Shown piece after piece: positions 42,230-56,335 of a DNA stretch of 64,000 nucleotides. The notes under the pieces were generated by a model. It worked only from the letters and a program-made list of their open reading frames with translations, was not told where the DNA came from and did no database searches. The position numbers and the translations under genes are program-made. The DNA is taken from the NCBI RefSeq assembly GCF_009914755.1, contig NC_060941.1; one strand, written 5' to 3'. Position 1 is the stretch's first letter; the number at the start of each line of letters is the position of its first letter. Source of the stretch: the human T2T-CHM13v2.0 reference genome, Homo sapiens.

Positions 42230-42440
42230 CTGATGAAGTTCAAAGACTGTAGAGTCAAGTTTTTCAGATCCAAATCCCAGGCTATATTTACAACCTGTAG
42301 CACTCAACCTCCCCGTATTTCAGTTTCTATATCTGGATTAAATGAAATTTTGGTGAGGATTAAATTAGTTAATATAAACAAAACACATGAACCATTTCTG
42401 ACATATCATGAAATAACTATAAATGGATAGTTATTATTTT
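42230..42440 (+). mobile_element. MIR relic
   Basis: tgtagagtcaag...ccaaatcccagg...tcagtttctatatctg...tggtgaggattaaattagttaatata. Confidence 0.55.
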
Positions 42441-43233
42441 TAATTTGGCTCCAAAAGTGAGTATTCTATTATTAGCCGTTCTTTTCTGTACTTTAAAAAA
42501 GGGGGTTAGATCTTTAAATATTAAAATAATAAATCTAATTCAACGTTTTTTATTTATATTTAAGGGGATAGAGATACAAAATAGCACATTCAAGTCCCCA
42601 ATGGTAGCACTTTCAAGAAGAGCGCTCGTTTTCCCTGACAAACTCTGTGCTATTTCTTCTGTCACATACTACCACTCACCTTATTTTCTAAGCCCAAAGT
42701 TAAATTGTATTTATGATCTGAAACATGATCTGACATGAGACTTAATATTGGAAACCAAGTTGATCTTATGAGAACTCACATATGCACCTTGGGGTGATTT
42801 GTTATGTTAGCTCATTGAATTCCTAAAAAAATAGAGTTGAAGGGAAAGGTGAGAGGGAAAATGCACATGAAAGAGATGTTTCATTGTTTATTTACTTGTA
42901 ATTCCCTTTTTAAAGGTGTTTTTATCCCTCAATGAAAAGTTAGAAAAAGGAAAGTGTTAATGTGTGCGTTTACAGAGGCCCAGGTTAGATTCTAGTTCAT
43001 GAATGCATGTGAGTATGAAGTCAATATTGGCTAATGGTCAAGAAATTGTTGAGACCTTCCATTTATAATTCTGATATTTCTTGTGCCTCTTCTTCCTTGG
43101 TTTCTCAGTCCCTGCTTTGTCCTAGTACTACTTTATTTTTTCCATCAGTTCTTTTACCGCCTCCCCCGACCCCCTGCATTGATGTCACATGTCCTCCTAA
43201 GCCCTGCATCCTAGGAAATTCCAGATGACTCAC

Positions 43234-43703
43234 TGTATTGAGTCAGATGGTAGACCATCAAAATGGTATGTCTACCTGTAACCTGTGAATGTGGCCTTAT
43301 TTGGGTAAAGAGCCTTTGCATATATTATTAGGTTAAGAATATCTAGATGAGATCATACTTGATTTGTATGGGCCTTTGCTCCAGTGACAAGTGTCTTTAT
43401 AGGAGAAGGGCAGGAAAGAAAACATACACTGTGTCAGTTGATGTGACAGCTGAGGCAGGGACTGTGTCTACAAGCCCAGTGGCACCAGGGATTGCCAATA
43501 GTTGCAAGAAACTAGCAGAAAGGCATGGAATGGATTCTCCCTTATAGTATCCAGAAAAAGAAAAGAAAAGAAAAGAAAAACCCTAGCTAACATGTCACTC
43601 TCAGACTTCTGGTTTCCAGGACTGTGAGAGGATAAATTTATGGGATTTTTTTAGTCATCAGTTTTTGATAATTTGTTAATATGAGCCCTAGGAAATGAAT
43701 ACA
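43234..43703 (+). mobile_element. MaLR solo LTR (MLT1C-like) with internal (AAAAG)n
   Basis: acctgtgaatgtggccttatttgg...aggcatggaatggattctccc...cagacttctggtttccaggactgtgagag...ccctaggaaatgaataca. Confidence 0.85.
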
Positions 43704-44559
43704 TCTACCCTTGTCATCCTACTAACTTACTGGGATCCTGGGCAAAGGGGAAGTTTTTCTGAGGAGTTATAAAAAGATTTCGGTTAACACAAGAAAATAT
43801 TGAGAGAAACTTCATGCCTTGCCAATTATCTTTTAGACTCTCAAGGATATGAGGGTGGTCAGGAGCCCACAATGAAAAGATGCAAACCCATGTCTTTCAT
43901 TAAATACTGTTATTTTGCAAAGAAAAAGTAAAGAACAGGTAAGGAATAAAGCAGGAGTAAGGAGAAATTGAAGTGAATTTTTCCTTGCTGTCATTTACTG
44001 AGTATGTCAACTTGAGACACATTTAATTTTAAGGCTTGGAAAACCTTATTCCTATTTTACACTATTTTTATTGCTTTAACTCACACTACCAAAGGAGCTA
44101 CGTAAGTGGAAACTGTCAATCAACTAAAAAAGAGTCATGGTTTCCATAGTAACCTTCGCTGTTCCTCATAAGTCATCATGCATGTAAAAGTGAGGGGCTG
44201 ACTGCGGAAGTAACAAGGATCTCTTGTGTCTTAAGGAATTTCATTTTTCCAACAAGACCAAAGAGGTGAAGGGGAAATTGTTCATAAAATTGGCTTCTAA
44301 GACCTCAAGAAACCACGAGGTAAAAATAAGTTTTATGTTAACTCTCACTGATTCTCAAAACTGATAAGTTCCATTATAGGTTCCAAATCTTCTTACAGTT
44401 ATTTATAAGCCATTAATTGGCATACTTATTTATTATTCCCTAAAGTTTTATCAGTATGAGACATATTAAACAGAACTACAAACATCAATGTCAAAAAATC
44501 AGTCATATTATTGAAGAACATGGTTATTCTCAAGTTTACTTTAAGAATTGCCTTAGATG

Positions 44560-44705
44560 CCTATTTAAAATTCATATTATGGAGGATCACCACTGATCTG
44601 CAGTAACAGAATCCCCATGTGGGGCCTGGGCATTCTTTTTTTAAAAAATCCCCACCTGTTATCTGATGCAACTGGACTTGCATTAGTTTCGACGTAGTTC
44701 CTTAA
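44560..44705. mobile_element. MER5-like hAT MITE relic
   Basis: cagaatccccatgtggggcctgggcattcttttt...ccccacctgttatctgatgca. Confidence 0.45.
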
Positions 44706-44804
44706 ATCATGCATTTAGACAATGGAAGTCCTTTATAATATCAAGGAAGCTGTCCTCCTGTTTAGTACACAGTTTTCCCAGGTCACCACAGTGAGGCTCA
44801 ACAG

Positions 44805-45790
44805 CTAATAACACTTATTGCATAAGAGCACACGGCAGGGTATTTTGCAAGGTTATCACATTAATTCTAACAAAAATTTCATGAAAGAGGGAATAGTGTT
44901 AGTCTCATTACAGAAACTAGGAGAATAAGACACCGATTGCATACATACTTGCAGCAGTGAAGTACAAGTAACTGATGGAGTTGTCAAACCTAAGTTTGCC
45001 AAGCTACAAAACCCCACAGTCCTTTCAGTCCTTTTATAACGGCCTCTAGCTTCATTGTCAAAATAGATTTCTTATGATTGAAAATGAAACAAGAACAAAG
45101 GCATACTTCTATTCAATATAATCTGTGGAGGATGGCAGAGTGTCCCATCCCAGGGAAAGGGAGGATTAAAATGTAAAAACATCTAATTTTAATAATGACA
45201 CCAAATTGCATACGGTTGTATAGTTTTTTTTAAATAGTTTTTATATAAAACGTCTTATTAGATTCTTTCAACAAACTTCTGTGGTAGGTAGGACAGAGGT
45301 TATCAGCTACATTTATAGATGACAGCAGGATGGCTCAGAAAAAAAAAGCAGAGGGAGAGAGATTTTCAAGATTGCATTGACAGAGACAAGACTTTTAATT
45401 ATTTACTTTTTCTAATTCTGTCCATTGTCCCAGAATGTATCCTTATCTTTTCTGAGGATGGCATCCTATCTTCACTGTTAACTCCAACCCCAATCAATTA
45501 GGGTATCTGATTTTCAGAAGCCAACATTATGGGGGAAAAGACTAGAAATGACAGTACAATAAGAACATGGACTTGGATTTCAGATTGAGATGTGAGATTC
45601 AGCTCTGCAGTATACTAACTATATAAAAGTGCAAATTAAACTGTAAGGCTCAGATTTACTCCCATGTAAAACAGACATCAAACTAATATCCTACATATTT
45701 GAGAAGTAAAGCATATAAACCACCTATCCAAGTATCCTGAAATCACTTACTATAGATGCTGGTTGTAGTATACTTGTCACTATCACCATG
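44805..45790. mobile_element. Cluster of MIR relics (about 44805-45030, 45200-45340, 45560-45790)
   Basis: MIR core-like motifs such as cacattaattctaacaaaa, ctttcaacaaacttctgtggtaggta and ggctcagatttactcccatgtaaaa. Confidence 0.45.
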
Positions 45791-46592
45791 ATTATGAAGG
45801 GAGCAAGGGATATGTAAAACAGCACAGATAAAGAGAAGACAGCAGTAAGCCAGGGTGCTATTCCACAGAATGTTTGGCAGAGAGTCAGGCATGTATTATT
45901 TTCCTCTCTTTGGGAAGACAGAGGTAGCCTCCACTCCAGGAATGGGATGAGAATGCTTTGTAAGAAGCACTGAGGGGTTTAATAAAAGCTTGATTAAAGG
46001 ACAGTAATGTCAGCAAGATGGCTGACTACAGATACTTGGCATTCATCATCCTCCACAAGTAAAAACAAAGGCAACAAATAAACAGCTAAGATTTGACTGG
46101 AGTGTTGAAAGGAGAGTGCTAGAGTGCAGTGGGAAAGGGGAGATACACCTGTGGTGATTACAAGTCCAGTAGTGCAGTGTGGAAGTGCCTGACCTCTGCA
46201 ACTCCCATCTTTCTGGCCTAGATCAGATCTACCTGGAGTCAGGAGAAACTTCCTGTTGTGATGAAAAGGTAAGCAGAAGATTCCCACCAGCTCCCATTAT
46301 CACTGTAAGCATCTACAATCCTTATAACAGGAGACTTCCATTGTCTCCTAGTTGGAAGAGAAACTGAACATTAACACAGCTGCATTGCCCTGGATTAGGA
46401 GCACAAAGTGTGCACTCCCCACTTCCAACTCTGCCTGTGAGCCAAGCTGCTGCAGGACAGTGCCACCTTGAGAGTAGAGCCACCTTTGGAATGTGTCCTG
46501 CTTTGAAGCCAATAGCCCCTGCACCTCTCCAGTACAGAGATTCCATCTTCATTATGCCAAGCCTATACAAGTGCTTAAATGCCACAATCCCA

Positions 46593-46986
<394 letters not shown>

Positions 46987-47089
46987 TCAGCCTGAGGAAC
47001 AGTCTGCCAGTCCTGACCAGGGTGAACCTGCCCTTGAGCTGGCCAAACTACTGCATACCCTCTCCCAAACATGAGCGCTCCCTGAGCCT

Positions 47090-48065
47090 CTGAGTAACTG
47101 ATATACCCCCTAGGCCAGTGGGGAATCTAGTCACCCATTTTCAGGACTTGAGAACAGCTCTGTAGTATCCCTGTTCCCAGTAGCTACACCCCTAGCCTAT
47201 CCAATGGCCTTGTGCCCAAATAAGGGCCTGAGAAACAGCCCCACAGGCAGCTACTGGTAGTCATACCCCTAATCCTGGAACCAGTCAAGAGCCCACATCC
47301 AAAACCTAGAAACAGCCCTATGAACCTCCCCTGGTAGACACACCCCTGAGTTTGTCAAGCAGCCTTGCACTTGTGTTCCAGACCTGAGAAACGGACCTAC
47401 GGGCCACTCACAGCAGACATGCCACCAGGCTGGTTGAGCAACTGCACTCCCATGTCCCAGGCCTACAAAGCAGCCCCATGGGCTGTACCCTGCAGAAATG
47501 ACCCCAGGCCAGACAAGAAGTTGTGCAGAGAAATAGCCCTGTGCCTTCACATGCCTGAGAAAGAGCCCTGTGTCTCCTTCTAGTAGAAATACCTGTGGGT
47601 TAGTCAAGCAACCCTGTGCACATGTACTAAACCTGAGAAATAACCCTAGGGGCTACTCCTAGCAGACATGACCCCAGGCCGGCCAAGCAGCTGTACATTC
47701 CCAGGACAATTAAGCAGTCCTGTGTCCACATCATGGACCTATGAAATAGCCCCATGAGTCACCCTCACCAGACATGCTTCCCAGGCCAGTTGAGCAGCTA
47801 TGTCACCACATATCAGATCTAAGAAATAGCTTCTCAGGCCCTGGGCATGACCCCAGGCCAACAAAGGAGCTGAGTGCCTGCCTCCTGGGACTGAGACATA
47901 GCCCCAGAAGCTGCTCTTGGTAGGCATGCTCCTAGGCCAGCTGAGCAATTGTGTGTGCATTGCTCCCAGAGTAAAAGGCCTGTGGTCACAGCCGTAGCAA
48001 GCCAGACCCTAAGTTAGCTAATATACAACGTGCACACATATACTCCAACCTGAGAACAGCCCAGT
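47090..48065 (+). repeat. Degenerate tandem array of about 78-bp monomers within the L1 5'UTR
   Basis: Motif cctgagaaacagccc or variants at about 47146, 47226, 47304, 47381, 47460, 47553, 47630, 47736, 47816, 47889 and 48047, most followed by cagacatgnccccaggcc-like sequence. Confidence 0.8.
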
Positions 48066-49358
48066 GAGTCCCATTCTGGCAAAGTTGCACCATCATCACC
48101 ACAAATTCTCTCAGCCTGGGCCCCTGAGAAACTCATAAATGCCACTAATGTGGATTACAGGTGAAGAAACTACATGGAGACTACACTACTGCATTTACCT
48201 AGAATCAAGGCCAACGCATCCCACCAAAGAAATACTGTAAGACATATTCATACAAATAAGAATTCCCCTATGAAACCTACTTCATAAAATTGGAAGGGAT
48301 GTCTTTTACTTCAGATGCATAAAAATCAACATAGGAAGACTTAAACCATGAAAAAGCAAGGAGATATATCACCACCAAAGAAAAACAATAATTCTCCAGT
48401 AATAGATTCCAATAATAAGGAAATATATGAAATTGCAGAATATATGAAATATATGAAAATCCAGAATATTGAATTCTGGAAAAGAATTCAAAATAATAAC
48501 CTTAAAAACACAGTAAGATACAAGAGGATACAGACAAACAATTCAAAGAAATCAGCAAAATAATTTATGATTTAAATGAGAAACTTGACAGAGATAGATA
48601 TCATTAAAAGGACAAAACAAAAATTCTAGATCTGATTTTAGTGAACGAAACTATAAAAAAAAATACAATTGAGAGCTTCAACAACAAACTAGACCAATCA
48701 GAAGGAAGAATTTCTGAACTTCGAGGCAGGTCTTTTGAAATAACACAGGCAGACATATTGAGAGAGGGGCAGGTGGGGGAGAGAGGGAGAGAGAAAGAGA
48801 GAGGAATTTAAAAGAATGAAGAAAGCCTGCAGGATTTATGTGACACCATTAAGTAAACAAATATTCATATTATGGATATTCCAGAAGGAGAAGAGAAGGG
48901 AAATGGTGAGTAAAATGTGTTGAATAAAATAATAGCAGAAAACTTCTCAAGTCTTGAGAAAGAGAGAGACATCCAGGTCCAGGAAGCTAAAAGTATTAAA
49001 AATAGACTCAACCCAAATAAATCCTCTCTGAGGCATATTATAGTCAAATTGTCAAAAGTCAAAGACCAAGAAAATATTTCAAAATCAGAAAGAGAAAAGC
49101 ATCAAGTCACATATAATGGAAACTTCATTAGACTAACAGATTTCTCAACAGAAACCTTAAAGGCCAGGAGAGAATTAAATTATATACTCAAAGTTCTGAA
49201 ACTAAAAAAATACAAAAATGCTGTTAACCAAGAATATTATACCCAGAAAGCTATCCTTCAGAAATAAATGAGAAATTAAATTTTTACAGACAAGCAGAAA
49301 TTGAGGGAATTTATCACACTAGGCCAGCCTTACAAGAAATGCTCAAGAAAGTCTTACA

Positions 49359-49650
49359 GGCAGGGTGTGGTGGCTCACACCTGTAATCCCAGCACTTTGG
49401 GAGGTTGAGGCGGGTGGATCACCTGAGGTCAGGAGTTTGAGACCAGCCTGGCCAACATGGTAAAATCCCGTCTCTACTAAAAATACACAAATTAGCCGGG
49501 TGTGGTGGTGCATGCCTGTAGTCCCAGCCACTCAGGAGGCCAAGGCAGGAGAATCACTTGAACCCAGGAGGCAGAGGCTGCAGTAAGCCAAGATTGCACC
49601 ACTCCAGCCTGGGCAACAGAACAAGGCTCTGTCTCAAAAAAAAAAAAAAA
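49359..49650 (+). mobile_element. AluS (AluSx/Sz-like)
   Basis: ggatcacctgaggtcaggagtttgagaccagcctggccaacatgg. TSD aaa(g/a)tcttaca. Confidence 0.95.
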
Positions 49651-51967
49651 TCTTACATCTGGAAGTGAAAAGATAATAACCACTATCATGAAAACATGTG
49701 AAAGCATAAAACTTAATTGTAGAGCTCATACACACAGGAGAAAGAGAAAGAAATCAAAGCTTATCACTACAGAAAACCACCCAACCACAAAAATAAACTA
49801 AGCAATAAGAAAGGAAGGAAAGAACAAAGGATATAAAAAATAACCAGAAAACAACAATAAAATGACAGGAGTAAATCTTCACCTATTAATAATATCATTG
49901 AATGTAAATGGACGAATGTTTGAGACAATGGATAATAATTACTCTGATCTGAGAGCTATACATTATATGTACCCAAACATCACTACATATCTATAAATAC
50001 GTACAATTATTGTCAAATAAAAAATGATTTTTAAAATGCCTGATGAGTTGCTCCATCTAGGGTTTGGGAAGAATGGCATAAGTGCTTTTGGAGGCTGTCA
50101 GCACAATTTGCTTTGCTTTTCAGTGTTGGTTCCACCGAGCTGAAGGGGAAAGCTAGCATGGCTGGCTGCTTAGGGCTGCTCCTAGCTTCTTGCTTTAAGA
50201 AGAAATCGATTAATGAGACCTTCAGCTTTCCTTTTAGTTGCTGTAGCTTGATTCACCAAGCTAGGCAAGAAGGCCACACTTTAGGGCAACAGCCCTGACT
50301 AGAATAACAAATTACGCATTTCTCTCAAATAACTTGATCTCCACTGGGCTTGGGTCTAGAGGACAGAGAACAGAGAGCGGGGGAAAAAAAAGAAAGAAAG
50401 GAGAAACTAACCTTGGTTCAGTGCCTAGTATGGGTCAGCAATGTGCTTTTGCTATTTTATCTTTTAAGACTCGGAATAAGCCTGTAAAAGTGGTGTCTGG
50501 CCCTGTTTTACAGCACAGTAAACTGAGACTCAAAGAGTTTAAGTGAATTTTTCAAGGATTTCCAATAAATAATTATTGAGTTGGTGTCAAAACTTGTGTA
50601 TGTCTGACTCTGAAGCAATTATGTTCATTATACCATGCTGCCTAATATTTTGTACATCATGTGACTGTTGTTTTAAATTTTCATTAAATAGAAAATTAAA
50701 ATACAATATTTAGAAATATATATTTTAAGCAGAATTTCTAGCTCCAGAATTAAGGATTGGCTATTATTATCCTTCAAGGATTGTGATATTTTTCTTTGTT
50801 TGCATTTTGAATTCTAAGAACTGAGGTCTCTCTCATAAATTACTCTCTGAAGAACTGCAAATAGCTGTGAATAATACTCCCCCTGCTCACGACCTTTACA
50901 TGCTCTCACTTTCCCTTGGGATTCAAAAACAATGCAACAAAGTCAATAAGGACAATGATAGAGCAAACAAAGCCACCTGGCTTGATTGATCTTTCCCTTT
51001 CTTTATTCCCACTGCTAACTCCTTTTCCATATAACACTTTACAATGTACCACATCTATAATTCCCTGCCACATAAAAATTACTAAGGACATAATGAATTT
51101 CAAGCACAAAAGCACCTAATTCTCACAGCATCCCAGAGCTATTATAGTGGCAATGACAGAATTTATAAAAAGAAAAATTAGCATAGCTCTTCTTTAGAAA
51201 CAAGGCTAGTGTCCCAGGCATACACGAGAGCCCTAGATTTCAATATTTAAATTGCTTGTATCTCTCCACTTCAACATTTCAAAATAATGTGACCTTAGTT
51301 TAAAATTTAAAATGATTCTAACAAATAATATTTATTGAGGAATATCTGAAAATGCCGTGGATGGGGATAAGCAATTGCTCCTTTATGCGTTTATGTATGT
51401 TTTAGTTTTACTTTGGCTTTACGTTCATGTCACATGGTGGTCTGTAATACCTTTGCTACCATGTTGTTTCTCATCTCTCCATTCAAGATGTGTTTGAAAC
51501 CCAAGAGAAGAAAAAAAGTGGATTTATTTTCAATTGGCTTTAGCGCTTGCATGCCTTGTATTTAAGACGTTAAAATCAGAACATTAGATAGATGCCTGCC
51601 AGCCAAGGCAATTACTTCTACCCATTACACTTCAAGACCAAATTATTTTAGTACTTGAAACAGTTTCTCCTAATTGTCTTATGCTCTGCACAGTGACATT
51701 AAACCCAAATAGTCACTTCTTTAGTTTTATTGACAGTGTGTGGTTTGAATTATGGGTTGTTGACAGTGTTTTTGGCAATCTTATTCTCTTCTATTTATTT
51801 TGTTTCCTGCTTTCATTTGTAATTTAATGTTGTTAGGGACCTACCTAAATTAAAGTTTGTTTGCCTTATCCTTCACTGTTGCTTCAGTAGGTATATGATT
51901 TTAAAATTTAGAAGCCACATCTAATGAAACTGAGGATGAGAATTTTCTGCTCTTAATCTTTTCTTCA

Positions 51968-52190
51968 ACTGTATTGTCCAATGGAGATGGACAATACACT
52001 ACCCACATGTAGTTATTTAAATTACTTACTCTACTTAGAATTAAACAGAATTAAAATGTGAGCACCTCAACAATACTGGGAATGCATCGAATACTCAATG
52101 GTCACATGTTGCTAGTGGCTACTGTTGTGAACTGCAGAGATGTAGAACATCTGCATCTTCACTGCAGAAAGGTCTATTTAACAACATTGC
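51968..52190. mobile_element. MER3/MER33-like hAT-Charlie MITE
   Basis: ctgtattgtccaat...cacatgtagttatttaaatt...tactcaatggtcacatgttgctagtggctactg...gcagaaaggtctatt. Confidence 0.7.
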
Positions 52191-53926
52191 CTCAAGGGTC
52201 TCTTCTAAATGAGGAAGCAACTGTTTTTTCATAAAGAACTGTAATAGAGAGTCACCAAAACAAACACCCAGAAAATCCCCTAAACATCCTTATAATGAGA
52301 CAGGCTTATCAGATGTTTATCAGGCTACAGGATATGGGATGTAACAGGGTTCTGGCTTGTGTGTAATCCATGTGCATCAGTGGAATTCCAAGGGCCCTCC
52401 ACATATTTATTTGCACCAGGAATCAAGGATCCAGTTAAGAAAGGGACAGTAAGAGGGTCTCATTATTGAGAGTATGTTTAGTATACATGGAGGTGATAGA
52501 AATGGAAGGAGAGGGAATAATTTGGAACACTGTTGTAGATGAAATTTAAGGCTATTGAGTTAAGGCCTGCAAATGCAGGCTCCTTAGGGGAGAGATAGTT
52601 ACTCATAAAAAATGGAAGACATGCTTATCAAGATTTATAAAATGATGGGACATAAGAAACGGACTTCTAGGATGGATCCTTGGAGTATATTACTAAAGAA
52701 AGCAGGGATTCCTTACCAATATGCTTTAGGCACTGGGGAAACTGGATAACTGTCTGTGACAGACCATAGAGAACAAGACCATTTGTTAGCGAGGGAATAC
52801 AGTGTCCCTTGGAACCCTGGTCACATAAAGAAATAATAGCTTTGGGACATCAGCAACTGCACTAGAGCCTGGCAGGAAACACAAAGACCAGGAGTGGCAT
52901 CTAGTTACCTCATAGCACAGGGTGGAAGTTAAGAGATGCCATACAAAGAAATGCTGACCACTTCTCAGTGCTTATTACTATGAAAAAAAAGAATGATACA
53001 TTTTACTTTCCATCAGAGAAGGACTATGGTTTAATACATATATTACTATTTGAATATATAGTTCCTGGGATAGTTGAAATGGACATAATAATTTAACATA
53101 TTAATTTAAGGCATCATTACACTAAAATGAACTGATATTTATGTATGTCTGTACAATAAAGCCTTGGTAGGAAATAAATGGCTGTTATGTAAGTAATTCC
53201 TCCTTTCTCTTTCTTACTTCCACATTTTGCCATTAAGATAATTGGACATTTTAAATGCTGGTAAAGAATAAATTATTCAACAATGGTAGATTGAGGTGAG
53301 ATTTATCATCTAACTCCAAACACCTAAGATAATCTAGGAAATATTTTGAATTTGGAGATTTTGCAAGTACACCTATGAACCAACCCTGTGACTCACTCAG
53401 CAGTCAGTGGCATTACAACTGAATTTTAACCCTCTCTTGCTGCTGTCCTGCTATACTACTCATTACAAGAAGTCTGGGACTCCACTGAATAAGCATTGAG
53501 GGGTAAAAGTTGAAATTAAATAATTCAATCTGAATTCCAATCGAATGGGTGGGGGGTGGGCAGGCCATTCCTTCCCTTCTGTCCTCAAATGGGAGAATCA
53601 CATAAAGATTTTTATTTATTTTTTTCTCCCTCTCCCTGACGTTAAGAAGGTCTAAGCACTTCTCAGCAGCAGGTCTTTCCTAGGTCCATCATCAGTTTGC
53701 CATGCAGCATAAGTCCTAGGTCAAAAACTCTACATATACCTCAATTTTCTTATAATTAACATGCAAATAACAATCCCCATTCTACATGTAACAATCTGAA
53801 TGGAATACAAGGAAAAAGAACCATACAAATCATGTTGATTGAACACATGCTAAGTGTCAGGTACTTTTACCAAAGCATTTCTTTTAATACAACTTCCTTT
53901 AATCTGTGATGTGCCATGAGGGAGAT

Positions 53927-54383
53927 GTGTGGTAGCCGTCTGTCCAGCATCTGAACATGTCTCTTAGTTTGGGAGACTCTCAAGATAAGAGGGAGCTAGG
54001 ATTCACCTCTCTCTATCAAAGTCTGGGGAATGGGGCATCAGATAGACCTGTCTTTTGTCCCTTAGAAACTAAGTAAGGGACAGCCAGGGTACTTAGGCTT
54101 GTCCATCTGCCTACAAAACTGAATCTTGAGGGAGTTACTCAAAGGTGCAGGGACTGTTTGCAGTTGCTGTGGCAGAGACTCTGCAATAATAACCCATCCA
54201 CTGCTCCTTAAAACTTAGTGAGGTCAGATCGTGGTTGCACCTGGCTTCTTTTGGTTCCTGCCCATTTTACTTCCCACCTTCCTAAAGCTTCTAGGGGTTC
54301 CCTCATATTTTACCAATAAATTACCCTCCTCTTTAATTTAGCGAAAGTCGTTTCTGCTTCTGTCACCAACAACTTTGGTGCAA
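53927..54383 (+). mobile_element. ERVL LTR33-like solo LTR (appears to split a MIR)
   Basis: ttttggttcctgcccatttt...ccaataaattaccctcctctttaatttagcgaaagtcgtttctgcttctgtcaccaa resembles the LTR33 3' end. MIR-like sequence lies on both sides. Confidence 0.55.
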
Positions 54384-54628
54384 TAGGAATTATCACCTAT
54401 GTTTTTGTTCTGTTAGACTTTTGCAGTGACATCCTCACCAAAGCTGTTGATGTGTTCACTGAGTGTTATACAAGTGGTAGACAGCTCAGCCAGGATTAAA
54501 ACCCTTACGTATGTCTTTCAAAAATGAATGTTCTTTCATCTCGGATAGTTATTTCCTTTCTATGCTTTTTTATATTTCTTATTCTTCTTTTTGCCTCTTC
54601 TCAAGATTTCTCCTTTCCATTTAAATAA

Positions 54629-54963
<335 letters not shown>

Positions 54964-56189
54964 AAGAATATCAAATTCTTATAAGCAATGTAGTTTTTAT
55001 TCTTAGCATGTATTCACCAAAGTTAATTCTAGATTAATACTTAGAGGCTTGTAAATCCCTGTTAGCCATAGAGTGTCATTTCAGGAATCTTCTGACACTA
55101 AGAACAATACATATTGACCTATCCCATAAATTATTTCAAGTTCTTCAGCTACATCTTGGTAGAAAAAAACTCAGCAACAGGAGTCTGGCTATAGACTATG
55201 TTATAAGCATGTACTGCTCATATAATAAAATGGAATAATGAATAATTGGTTGGCATATATTCAAAACCCAGAAACAGCATGAAATATTTGAGTGGTTTGT
55301 TCTGATTTTATTGTACATCCCTTTAAACGGTAAAGGAATCTTAAAATGTTTTCAAGTTAATGCTGAATTTGAACAAATGGAGAAGCATTTTTAGTAACCA
55401 GGTTATCAGTACCTGAAAGAAATAGAAAAACTCTAAGTATGGGGATTGCATTACATCCAGAAAGCAAAGACTCTCCTGGGCTTTGTGACAGAATGTGTAA
55501 GACAAGCAGAAAATACAAGTTCATCCTGACAGCTGTTAGAGAGATGTCCAAAAAGAATGTGGATGTCAACATGTATTCACCTTTTTGCAAAGGTGTGAAG
55601 CAAAGGTGAACTCTGATGAAAAGCTTGTCAAAATAAGAAGGGTTAGGGACTAGAGTGTTTGTCACTCAGCCTGGCTACTATTACTAAATGGCAGGTAGAG
55701 AAGAGTCTCATGCCTATCTGAATGAAAACAGAGGAGATTATAAAGATGCTGAACAAACAGGGCTTTGATTGCTGGGAGTAAGTGTGGATATATCCCGGGG
55801 CCAGCTGTTGAATAGGATATACCAATGCCTCCCAGGCGTGAATAAATGACGAAGGCCAGGCTAACCTGAGAAAGTTATGATGCTTAGTTTCCATGTAGTA
55901 GAAATGGTACGAAGGAAAAATAAAAGGTCTTTTTCTGTTGAATCAGAATGAGAAAAAACACAAATTTTTTTCTTTTATTTTATAGAAGAAGGCAAGAAAT
56001 CAGATATCCTAGTTAGTCTATGCCTTTCCAGAGAACACAGTACCCAGGACAATGCTTTGGAGAGCCAAACTCTGAGTTGGGTTCTAATGAGAATGCCAAC
56101 TCTGCTCCTTCTTCAATAAACTAGAAGAGATTCAATACACATCATGCTAGTTATCTTTCAGGACATTTTCATTACCTGCAGCTATAGAA

Positions 56190-56335
56190 TAAGAGTTCCA
56201 AAACTTCAGTGTGCCTAAGATTAACCAGCAGAGCCTCTTTAAATATCGATTCATAGGCCTGGATAGGGCTCAGTAAATTATATTTTAGCAGACACCAAAG
56301 CAGATCCTGACTCTGCTCCAGGAACCCACTTTACT
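56190..56335. mobile_element. MER5-like hAT MITE relic
   Basis: gttccaaaacttcagtgtgcctaagattaacc...attttagcagacaccaaagcagatcctga...ggaacccacttt. Confidence 0.5.

Noticed and set aside
47090-48065. CRISPR-like or repeat-spacer array
   Set aside because: Eukaryotic L1 context, the whole unit is degenerate-repeated with no unique spacers, and there are no cas-like ORFs.
52280-53180. Possible ancient LTR/Gypsy-like relic
   Set aside because: The purine-rich texture is suggestive, but I could not identify termini or a family.
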